A stretch of DNA of 64,000 nucleotides from Bdellovibrionales bacterium (GTDB lineage Bacteria; Bdellovibrionota; Bdellovibrionia; Bdellovibrionales; JAUICD01): assembly GCA_965262715.1 (NCBI GenBank), contig OZ253553.1, forward strand, positions 1,664,001-1,728,000, in the 5' to 3' direction. Under the pieces are notes generated by a model. It was not told where the DNA came from. It worked only from the letters and a program-made list of their open reading frames with translations, and did no database searches. Below are positions 51,582-59,628 of this stretch, piece after piece. Numbering within the stretch: the first letter of the stretch is position 1; the number at the start of each line of letters is the position of its first letter. Position numbers and translations under genes: made by a program.

Positions 51582-52175
51582 TTACTTTACATGGCTAAGG
51601 ACATCTATACCATAAAGATAGTCATGAAGAAAGCTCCTGGCTTTTCTCAACTCTTTATCAGCAGGGAGAAGATATTTTCTATTAGAAGTATCAACAATAT
51701 AAAATCTCTTTGACTTTTCAAAAGTTTCTAAGGAAACGAAGCTTGTAATGGAAGGGTTATTGCCCTTTTTAAGAGGAATTGTCTTCTGATAACACTTCCA
51801 TCCTTCTAACACGCATCCAAAAATATTTTGATCTACGTCTCTTTTAGCATGACTTATAATGGAGTATAATATCTCTCCTTGTTCATTTTCAAGGTTTTTA
51901 AGAGTCATAGCTCTTTGTCCAATATTATTAACACAGATGGTTAAGAAGAAATCAGTATGTGGATGAATATTTGAAAAATATTCTTTGTCTTTATTAGAAA
52001 GGTGATCTTGAATTGATGTTAAAGTCTTATAAAACAGAATAATTTGTCCTTCTATTTTTGGTAATTGCATTTGATAGTTTTGATAAGCAACCAAAGCAAT
52101 GGCAATTGTACTCATAGCTGTTGTAAAGGGGTATAAAGACTCTTTTAAAAAAGGAGGGTCAAATAATGTGGCCAA
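51582..52175 (-). CDS. Hypothetical protein inside the array interval (N-terminal hydrophobic segment; start may be 52114)
   Basis: 197-aa ORF, no recognised family. Confidence 0.55.
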   Translation of the reverse strand: MATLFDPPFLKESLYPFTTAMSTIAIALVAYQNYQMQLPKIEGQIILFYKTLTSIQDHLSNKDKEYFSNIHPHTDFFLTICVNNIGQRAMTLKNLENEQGEILYSIISHAKRDVDQNIFGCVLEGWKCYQKTIPLKKGNNPSITSFVSLETFEKSKRFYIVDTSNRKYLLPADKELRKARSFLHDYLYGIDVLSHVK

Positions 52176-52411
52176 TATTACTAGAGTTTGCTGCTCCTCT
52201 AGCTGTACAATCGCTTTTTAAGCTTATGGAAGATGACCCAGATGAGAATCTTGAAGAGTATCTTGAACATCTTCAAGAATATATAGAAGAGCTTGAAGAT
52301 AGAGTTCAAGTACTTGAAAAAAAGGTTAAAGCACTACAACAAGCTTTTCTAACAATAACCATACTAGCGATTATAGGTTGTATTTTTTTTGGAGTTCTAT
52401 ATTTTTCTTAA
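52166..52411 (+). CDS. Small coiled-coil protein with C-terminal TM, inside the array interval
   Basis: Strong AAGGAGG RBS; acidic coiled coil followed by hydrophobic helix. Confidence 0.65.
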   Translation: MWPILLEFAAPLAVQSLFKLMEDDPDENLEEYLEHLQEYIEELEDRVQVLEKKVKALQQAFLTITILAIIGCIFFGVLYFS

Positions 52412-52554
52412 AATGTGAAGGTCAAGGATTATTATAAAACTTTCTTCTTTAGATTTTTTATTATTTTTTATTGCGTCTTCTATTCAACCATATCAAAAAA
52501 TCATTGTGACAAGATGTGTTTCAATCTCTAGATAATGTGTTATACTAATGAGAG

Positions 52555-52688
52555 AAGCAAAATCAATTAGAAAATAGGTATGACGAACCCTCAGATATAA
52601 AAAAGAAGGAAGCAAACATGCTGGATTATATAGCCAAAAAGTTTAGTTATTTTATAAATGATACTGAGAAAAAGGCGTGCGTGTTGCC
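52555..52688 (-). promoter_or_regulatory. Putative CRISPR leader, copy 2
   Basis: Homologous to 48498-48631; adjacent to the terminal repeat. Confidence 0.6.
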
Positions 52689-52778
52689 ATAATAAATAGA
52701 TGGACAAAATATTTTAAAAAGAGCTTTCATACTTTATAAAAGTACAGATCAAGGTTGCCTTTTTTGTGTTTGTGAAAA

Positions 52779-52811
52779 GCCCTTTGCAGGTGTAGTGTCC
52801 CTGCAAAGAGC
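52779..52811 (-). terminator. Hairpin downstream of pilin gene (duplicated at ~63017-63049)
   Basis: CTTTGCAGG-N11-CCTGCAAAG, with T-run on the minus strand. Confidence 0.65.
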
Positions 52812-52843
52812 TGGAGATAAAAAATTATCAAATCGTGTGAGCA

Positions 52844-53473
52844 TTAAAGGCCGTTTTTTATATTCATCATGTATTTTCCAGTAGGTTTAGGCGCAGCTTG
52901 ACCTATACCCATCTCCCAATGATCTTCTTGTGCTCCTCCTAAATTACCAACTGCGATAATGATAAATTTAGGTGCGAATTTATCTGTGTTATCTATCTTT
53001 GCTTCTGTAGGAATTGTGAATGTTCCAGTAGATAAATAAGTACAATCATCTGAAGTATTACAAAAGTCTTCAGTGTTTATCATGGTATTAGCATTACTTG
53101 GATTGCTTGGAACTGGCGGACCATCATAATCTGATAAATTGGGAGGTAATGTATTGCCTTGTACCCAATTACCCGGATCTTTTGTAACTAAAGCATTGAA
53201 GCCTGTTTTATATTGAACGTCACCACTTGGTGAAAAACCTAATTGTATGAAGTTTGATGTTGAATATCCCCATTCAGAATTAAAAGCTATACTTGAAGTG
53301 TATATACCACCTAATATTAACTTAGGTTCAAGTTGTCTGGCCTTCCTTTGATACTTTTGATAGTTAGGTATGGCAATACTAGTTAGTATACCTATGATGG
53401 CAACTACAACCATTATCTCAGTGAGTGAAAATCCTTTTTGATTGAATCTATTTTTTACTTTTTTCATAAGCAT
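52844..53473 (-). CDS. Type IV pilin
   Basis: QKG/FSLTEIMVVVAIIGILTSIAIPNY prepilin cleavage motif. Confidence 0.92.
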   Translation of the reverse strand: MLMKKVKNRFNQKGFSLTEIMVVVAIIGILTSIAIPNYQKYQRKARQLEPKLILGGIYTSSIAFNSEWGYSTSNFIQLGFSPSGDVQYKTGFNALVTKDPGNWVQGNTLPPNLSDYDGPPVPSNPSNANTMINTEDFCNTSDDCTYLSTGTFTIPTEAKIDNTDKFAPKFIIIAVGNLGGAQEDHWEMGIGQAAPKPTGKYMMNIKNGL

Positions 53474-53486
53474 CTACCTGTTTTAA

Positions 53487-53951
53487 TCATAAAGAGGCTA
53501 TCACTTTGCCACAGAATATATTAAATAATTGGTTGTCTATTGCTTTACATTTAAGCGGTTGATCGTTTTCTAAAGTGACTTTTAAAGAGCAATTATAAAC
53601 TCTATACTGCTTAAATTTGTATTTACTCGATAGATTGTTACAGACCTTCAAAATTTCTTTACCTCTAAGTAGAGCACATGATTTTTGACATATATTAATA
53701 AAGGTTGCATTGTCTCCTATGGTATTTGCTTTTTCTATATAGTCTGTATTTGGTCTATAATTGGCATAGAAGTAATATTGTGCAGCTTCAGTATCTTGCT
53801 TAAGATGTGTGGATAAAAACTTCTGATTTGCCTCCTGTGTATCTTTATAAAATTTAAGCCTTGCATTGTTTACAAGTAATCCTAGTAAACCAATAATAAC
53901 AATTGCTAGTAAGTAAAGTAATCTTCTAGGACTTGTTTTCTTTAGTTTCAT
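53487..53951 (-). CDS. Hypothetical membrane-anchored Cys-rich protein paired with pilin
   Basis: N-terminal TM; paralogue at 63719-64000. Confidence 0.7.
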   Translation of the reverse strand: MKLKKTSPRRLLYLLAIVIIGLLGLLVNNARLKFYKDTQEANQKFLSTHLKQDTEAAQYYFYANYRPNTDYIEKANTIGDNATFINICQKSCALLRGKEILKVCNNLSSKYKFKQYRVYNCSLKVTLENDQPLKCKAIDNQLFNIFCGKVIASL

Positions 53952-53995
53952 TTTTTATTTCCTCAATAAGATCAAGAATAGAATCTCGTAGTTAT

Positions 53996-54256
53996 CTATT
54001 CTTTCCCCTTCTGAGTTATTTCCCATATACTTGCGTTTTTCTCGCTTAACAACTTCTTTACCTTTTCTTCTTTTTCTAATAGTCGTAATATGCTGTATGT
54101 TATCCAATTCTCATGTTCTATGTTATGGGCCCCTGTTTTTTGACTTATCTCCGCTTGTTTAAGAGGCTTTCCCTCATTCTCTAAAACACGCAATATAGCA
54201 ATTTTTAGTAACTTTTCAGCAATATCAACAAGGTCCCTACTTAAATTCGACATCAT
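53996..54256 (-). CDS. Small winged-helix-like protein
   Basis: AAGGAG RBS; 'AILRVLENEGKPLKQAEISQKTG...ILRLLEKEEKV...W' pattern. Confidence 0.55.
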   Translation of the reverse strand: MMSNLSRDLVDIAEKLLKIAILRVLENEGKPLKQAEISQKTGAHNIEHENWITYSILRLLEKEEKVKKLLSEKNASIWEITQKGKE

Positions 54257-54401
54257 CTCACTCCTTTATTTTTCAATGTTATAATTCATTGCGTGTCATA
54301 CCTTTTTACCTGTTTCATGTTTCACTTCTATTTGTTTTAAGAAACCCACGCTGTGTGAAAGGAGTGCCTTTAAAACAATGTGGGTAGTTTAACGATTTAA
54401 T

Positions 54402-54641
54402 TTATAAACTCACTGGTTTTAATGCCTTATGTCCCTGATATTTATCTTCACAAGCTCTTATTTTCTTTTCTAGAAAATTCATTCTTTTACTTAAATGCAT
54501 ATCCGTCCTAGCTTGAATGCTTGACAATGTATATAGATGTGAAAAAACTTTCATACCTAAAATACTTCCTATGCCTAAAGAGATAGTGACAGCGATGACA
54601 AGCTCTAATAAATAAACTCTTTTAAATTTTAAGCTTGTCAT
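54402..54641 (-). CDS. Small pilin-like/TM protein
   Basis: 'KRVYLLELVIAVTISLGIG' degenerate prepilin-like helix; AGGGG RBS. Confidence 0.45.
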   Translation of the reverse strand: MTSLKFKRVYLLELVIAVTISLGIGSILGMKVFSHLYTLSSIQARTDMHLSKRMNFLEKKIRACEDKYQGHKALKPVSL

Positions 54642-54664
54642 AAAACCCCTTTAATTAAAAAAAT

Positions 54665-54696
54665 AAAGCCCATGTGGTTTAAGACATGGGTTTTTT
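54665..54696 (-). terminator. Intrinsic terminator downstream of major pilin
   Basis: CCCATGT-N7-ACATGGG flanked by A/T tracts. Confidence 0.7.
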
Positions 54697-54699
54697 ATA

Positions 54700-55488
54700 T
54701 TAATCAACACCATTTTTAAGATTAATTAAATTTTTTGATTCATCCATGATCCATTGATCATCTTGAGTGCCACCGATATTTCCTATTGAACCAATAGTAA
54801 AAGTAACCGTGTTTCTAGCAACATTGTTAACACCAGGCCCACTTATACCACATCCTGCAGCTGCAATTGGTGATGTTGTGTCTATTTGACTTGCTCGACA
54901 ATTCGGAGGACTAGCACCTAAGTTTAAAGTACATTTTGTGTTAGCATTACCCGGCGCTTTACATCCACCCTTAATTGTGTCTGCTGCTAAGACAGTACCT
55001 GTTACATTTTTTGAAGCACCTAAAGGAACTGTGCAACCTGGAGAATTACTTCCAGCAAATGTACTACCAGGATCAGTTACTTTACAAACATTAAAAGTAG
55101 TAAGATCACGGGTATCATCTGCAAGTGGGCCTGTATAACCAGTGGTTCCTCTAGTCTGCATATTAATATTTATACCAGCCGTACCATTGGTCCCAGTCGC
55201 ACTATCAAATCCTGTTAAATACTGAATTTGACCACCTGGAGTAAATCCAATTTGTAATAAATTCGGTGAACCTAAACCATACTCTGCTATAAAAGTTGTC
55301 TCTGCTGTGTATATACTAGCTAGCATTGTCTTTGGTTCTGTCTGCCTCGCTCTACGCTGAAACTTTTGATAATTTGGTATTGCAATCGCAGCTAAGATAC
55401 CTATGATCGCCACCACAACCATCAACTCAACTAATGAAAACCCTTTTTGGTTTTTCATTTTATTATATTTTCTTAAAAACTTTTTCAT
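54700..55488 (-). CDS. pilA: Type IV major pilin (PilA-like)
   Basis: QKG/FSLVELMVVVAIIGILAAIAIPNYQKF; own terminator; strong AGGGGG RBS. Confidence 0.85.
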   Translation of the reverse strand: MKKFLRKYNKMKNQKGFSLVELMVVVAIIGILAAIAIPNYQKFQRRARQTEPKTMLASIYTAETTFIAEYGLGSPNLLQIGFTPGGQIQYLTGFDSATGTNGTAGININMQTRGTTGYTGPLADDTRDLTTFNVCKVTDPGSTFAGSNSPGCTVPLGASKNVTGTVLAADTIKGGCKAPGNANTKCTLNLGASPPNCRASQIDTTSPIAAAGCGISGPGVNNVARNTVTFTIGSIGNIGGTQDDQWIMDESKNLINLKNGVD

Positions 55489-55671
55489 GATAAGAACCCC
55501 CTATTTCATAAAAAATAAATATTGTCTAAAATAATAAATTTAAATTTCCTCTACCTTTTTTCTCTTCATCTATCTCTAGCTGCTTAAAAATTTGAAAGAA
55601 AATATGACCAAAAATATCAAAAATGTAAGTCTTCAAAGACACATCAAAAGACCAGATTCTAACTCAACTGG

Positions 55672-55834
55672 ACTGTAACTTACGTACATAAGTTACAGTA
55701 TTAAGTTATTGAAATAAATACCGATATGGTTAATTGAAAGGGTTTTTCATTGATGGTCATTGGTAGGGAAAATGACCAAAAACATCAATGATTTTAAGGG
55801 TGCACCACTGTAACTTATGTACGTAAGTTACAGT
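55672..55834. promoter_or_regulatory. Pair of 28-bp palindromic sites upstream of pilA
   Basis: ACTGTAACTTA-CGTACA-TAAGTTACAGT (55672-55699) and ACTGTAACTTA-TGTACG-TAAGTTACAGT (55807-55834). Confidence 0.8.
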
Positions 55835-56128
55835 GCTAAGTAGTTGAAATCATTGAAGTACTAGACTGTCTAGTCTAGTATTAAGACAACATTTAAGTTC
55901 AGAAAATTATAAACTTGTTGTATATTGATAAATAATCTGTATTTGAATAAGACAACTCCGTATATTTTCACTTTAGTGAAAGAAAAATACAAGAAAAGAT
56001 TTCCTTAACATTTTGTAAAAAAAAATAAAAAGTACCTTCTTACTAAAAAATAAACAGATGATATGAATTAAATACCTAAAGACAAATTTTCCCTAACATT
56101 TTGTTAAGAAATGAAGGGAGCCTTCCTA

Positions 56129-56230
56129 CTAAAATGCTTCAAGCTTTTTAGGCATTGTCCTATTTGCCAAACAGCGTAAGCTAATTTGGAGACAATGCCA
56201 AAAAGTCGCCAGAGGCGAGTTCATTTTTAG
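56129..56230 (-). repeat. Structured intergenic repeat, family A
   Basis: Reverse complement CTAAAAATGAACTCGCCTCTGGCG, stem GGCATTGTC/GACAATGCC; shared downstream flank. Confidence 0.7.
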
Positions 56231-56337
56231 GGAAACAGGACATCTTAAAACAGCAGCTTCAGCTAAAATAGGTAAGCTGCACAAAAAAGTAGATGGTCAA
56301 AAAGAACAGGGTTTCATGTCCAGAATTTAGGCTTCGA

Positions 56338-56428
56338 TGTCCGACTGTTAGGACAGTATTTAGATTTAAAGCTTTAAAAGGTCATTTATTAGCGTTTTAA
56401 CCTCAAAAATATTGGCACGGATTTTGTA
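56338..56428 (+). promoter_or_regulatory. Possible enhancer site plus sigma54-like promoter upstream of the Rpn gene
   Basis: TGTCC-N8-GGACA at 56338-56355; TGGCACGGATTTTGTA at 56413-56428 (-12 GC replaced by GT). Confidence 0.45.
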
Positions 56429-56557
56429 TCTATATATTTTCAGTCATAAATAGAAAAACTCATATAAATCGCTCTATCAATATGAATAAGGGGATACGAT
56501 TTGTAAAGTCATGTTCTGATAAATTTTATGATGATGCGGAAGGTTAAGGGTACTTAA

Positions 56558-57613
56558 ATGTCAGCTAACTACAATAAGGGTAATAAAAAGGTAGGTTTTT
56601 CTAAAGGGCATCATCCTCATGATTTGTTCTTTAGAAGATTTTTTTCTGGTATTGAGGAAGTGGTAGCATTGTTAGAAACAATGTTGCCTCAATCTATCTT
56701 AGATCTTCTTGATATATCCACAGTGAAAATTGAAAACAGTGTTGTTGTTAAAGATTTAGAGATAAGAGTAGATTTAGTTTTAAGCATAAAGCTGAGAAAG
56801 TCTAAAAAAGAATCTAAGATTCTTTTTATTGTAGATCATAAAAGTTGGCCAGATAGAAGAGTCATACAGCAATTACTTAAATACCAATTAACAATGATTG
56901 GAGAGCATCATAATAATGAAGACTTTTTACCTCCAGTTTTGACTATTGTTTTCTATCATGGTCATAGGAAATGGAGATCGCCATTATCTTTACATGAGGA
57001 CTGGGTATCTAGAGGGGTTTTTTCAAGAGATGATCTTGGGCAAATTTCTGAGTATCTTATAAATTTCACTCCTTATTTTTTTAATTTATCTGAGTTTGAT
57101 ATAGCTAATAAAGCCATCAAGAGGATAAAACCAATTTTATATACATTTGATCAGATTTGGTCTTTGAATAAGCTTAAAGGTTTGGAGGAAAAGAAAGCAG
57201 CTTTACACAAGATTCTATTGTCAGTAAAAAAAGACTTAAAAGGAGAAGAAAAAGAGTATATAATAAATGTGCTATTAGGCATAAAGAACTATCTTCTTCA
57301 ATATAACCCAGAGCTAAGTGAGGGGCTTTTAGAAGAGGTTTCAAAAGAGATCACAAAGGAATTAAGAGGAGAGAATATCATGAAAGAGCTTGATTTAACT
57401 ATAGCAGAAATTGTTCAAAAGAATTGTCAAGAATGGAAACAGGAAGGTCTGCAAAAGGGTAGACAGGAAGGAAGACAAGAAGGAAGGCAGGAAGGGATTG
57501 GAGAGATCTTACTGAAGTTTCTTAATGCTGATATGAGTGTAGAGAAGGTATCTGAAATAACCGGTCTTTCAAAACAGGAAATCCGTAATTTTCAAGAAGA
57601 GTCTAAGAAATAA
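56558..57613 (+). CDS. Rpn/YhgA-like PD-(D/E)XK nuclease (recombination-promoting nuclease family)
   Basis: HPHDLFFR, RVDLV, DHKS, QLLKY, PVL.IVFYHG..KW, C-terminal (GRQE)n plus helix-turn-helix-like tail. Confidence 0.88.
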   Translation: MSANYNKGNKKVGFSKGHHPHDLFFRRFFSGIEEVVALLETMLPQSILDLLDISTVKIENSVVVKDLEIRVDLVLSIKLRKSKKESKILFIVDHKSWPDRRVIQQLLKYQLTMIGEHHNNEDFLPPVLTIVFYHGHRKWRSPLSLHEDWVSRGVFSRDDLGQISEYLINFTPYFFNLSEFDIANKAIKRIKPILYTFDQIWSLNKLKGLEEKKAALHKILLSVKKDLKGEEKEYIINVLLGIKNYLLQYNPELSEGLLEEVSKEITKELRGENIMKELDLTIAEIVQKNCQEWKQEGLQKGRQEGRQEGRQEGIGEILLKFLNADMSVEKVSEITGLSKQEIRNFQEESKK

Positions 57614-57638
57614 CGACTGAAATCATCAAGAGGATATT

Positions 57639-57884
57639 ATGAAAGAGCTTGATTTAACTATAGCAGAAATTGTTCAAAAGAATTGTCAAGAATGGAAACA
57701 GGAAGGTCTGCAAAAGGGTAGACAGGAAGGAAGACAAGAAGGAAGACAAGAAGGAAGGCAGGAAGGGATTGGAGAGATCTTACTGAAGTTTCTTAATGCT
57801 GATATGAGTGTAGAAAAGGTATCTGAAATAACCGGTCTTTCAAAGCAGGAAATCCGTAATTTTCAAGAAGAATCCAAAAAATAA
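57639..57884 (+). CDS. Stand-alone duplicate of the Rpn C-terminal module (RpnS-like)
   Basis: Identical to 57380-57613 product apart from one extra GRQE repeat; own AGAGG RBS. Confidence 0.75.
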   Translation: MKELDLTIAEIVQKNCQEWKQEGLQKGRQEGRQEGRQEGRQEGIGEILLKFLNADMSVEKVSEITGLSKQEIRNFQEESKK

Positions 57885-57957
57885 CGATTGAATGTATAAA
57901 ATGGAAAGTCTTATTTGTTTTGTGTTTTTTGGCATTTTTACATAAGATAAGTATTTC

Positions 57958-58152
57958 TTAAGAAAAAAGTGTGTTAAGTAAGTTAGTCAATCTAATATCT
58001 GCTTCATAAAGACGTTTTAATGCGATGGGGAGAGTTTTATTTAAATATCGGAAATATAAATAGGGTTTTTTGTCTTTAGATTTTTTACGGTGTAGAATAT
58101 CAGGACATTTTTTAAAGATGTGGTTTGGGCTATTAATTTGATAATGAATATT
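57958..58152 (-). pseudogene. Fragments of a second S1/P1 nuclease gene
   Basis: 57958-58114 is homologous to the 3' end of 46761-47603; 58115-58152 matches ~47298-47335 in inverted orientation. Confidence 0.7.
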
Positions 58153-58304
58153 TGTAAATTTATAAACTCTTAAGTAGTTATGAACCTAAAACTATTGACT
58201 AACAATAAAAACAGGCGTAACCAAACACTAAGCTCTGCTTAATTTCATCGAAACATAGGACATGCTCTAAAACTTTTACAAATAAATAGAAAAAGGTTTA
58301 TTTT

Positions 58305-59540
58305 ATGAAAGTTCTTCATACGTCAGATTGGCACCTTGGTCGGATGCTTTATGGGAGGAAACGTTATGACGAATTTGAGACATTTCTTGACTGGCTTTAT
58401 AATATTATAAAATCTGAAGGTATTGATATCTTGTTGGTTGCTGGAGACATATTTGATACTAGGACTCCAAGTCATCGATCTCAACAACTATATTATAGGT
58501 TTCTTTGTAAAACAGCTAACTCTCATTGTCGTCATATTGTCATTATTGCTGGAAATCATGATTCTCCTTCTTTTCTAAATGCTCCTAAAGAAATTTTACA
58601 TGCTTTAAATATATATGTAGTTGGATCAACGACACAATGCCTTGAAGATGAAGTGATTGTATTAACTGATCAACAAAGCAATCCAGAGGCTATTGTTTGT
58701 GCCGTACCGTATCTTAGAGATAAGGATATCCGTACTGTTGAACCTGGAGAAACCATTGAAGATAAAAATAATAAACTCATTAAAGGCATTCAAGATCATT
58801 ATGAGAAAGTCTGCAATTTGGCTGAAAATAAACAAAGACAATTTAAAAATAAGAAGGATATCCCAATCATCGCAATGGGACATCTTTTCACTTCTGGTGG
58901 TAAAGTTTTAGATGGTGATGGTGTTAGGGATCTGTATATTGGTTCTTTAGCTCATATAAGTAGAAGCATATTCCCAAAATCAATTAATTACCTGGCTCTT
59001 GGTCATTTGCATGTGCCACAATGTGTAGAGGATAGTAAATATATGCGTTATTCAGGTTCTCCAATTCCTATGGGCTATAATGAGGCTTATCAGAAAAAAC
59101 AAATCATCACAATAGAGTTTAAAGGTACATATCCTATTATTAAAGAAATTTTTATCCCAAGTTTTCAAGCCTTAGAGAGAATTACTGGATCACTGGATGA
59201 AATTCAGAAACAAATAGATCAATTAAAGCATCAGCAAAGTTGTGCTTGGCTTGAGATCGAATACACTGGATCAGAAGTTATCAACAATATCCATGAACGT
59301 ATTAATGAACTTTTGGAAGGTTCTTCTCTCGAAGTTTTACGTATTAAAAATAAAAAAGTTGCAGATCAGGTTATAAAAGCCAGTTTTGTAGATGAGGCAC
59401 TTGATGACTTGAATGAAAACGATGTTTTTGAACGTTATTTAGATAGTCGTCAAGTACCGGATGAAGATAGAGAAGATATAAGACACACTTATCGTGAAAT
59501 TGTTCAATCTGTATATGAAAATGATGACAACAAAGAATAG
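58305..59540 (+). CDS. sbcD: Exonuclease SbcCD subunit D
   Basis: HTSDWHLG, AGDIFD, GNHDS, ALGHLH, RYSGSP. Confidence 0.95.
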   Translation: MKVLHTSDWHLGRMLYGRKRYDEFETFLDWLYNIIKSEGIDILLVAGDIFDTRTPSHRSQQLYYRFLCKTANSHCRHIVIIAGNHDSPSFLNAPKEILHALNIYVVGSTTQCLEDEVIVLTDQQSNPEAIVCAVPYLRDKDIRTVEPGETIEDKNNKLIKGIQDHYEKVCNLAENKQRQFKNKKDIPIIAMGHLFTSGGKVLDGDGVRDLYIGSLAHISRSIFPKSINYLALGHLHVPQCVEDSKYMRYSGSPIPMGYNEAYQKKQIITIEFKGTYPIIKEIFIPSFQALERITGSLDEIQKQIDQLKHQQSCAWLEIEYTGSEVINNIHERINELLEGSSLEVLRIKNKKVADQVIKASFVDEALDDLNENDVFERYLDSRQVPDEDREDIRHTYREIVQSVYENDDNKE

Positions 59541-59628
59541 CTTATCAATCAATAATAAAAAATAGAGAGTTGTATTTGGGTAATAGAGTTAATTCAAGAG
59601 AAATTCTCTAAAAAAAGGAGTATCAGTA

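Larger units (their letters stand above)
51230..52554 (-). CRISPR. CRISPR array: six 37-bp repeats, spacers of 36/34/34/34 bp and one 965-bp interval
   Basis: Repeats GTTTCAGACTCTAGGTAATGTGTTATACTAATGAGAG (with variants) at 51230, 51303, 51374, 51445, 51516, 52518; minus-strand form ends in TGAAAC; no cas genes in the window. Confidence 0.85.

Noticed and set aside
45645..52411. ORFs near the arrays as cas genes
   Set aside because: None shows Cas1/Cas2/RAMP/RuvC/HEPN motifs; they are small, secreted or membrane proteins
56562..56580. Partial match of CRISPR spacer 51411-51444 to the start of the Rpn gene (CAGCTAACTAC)
   Set aside because: Only 11 contiguous nt; not convincing self-targeting
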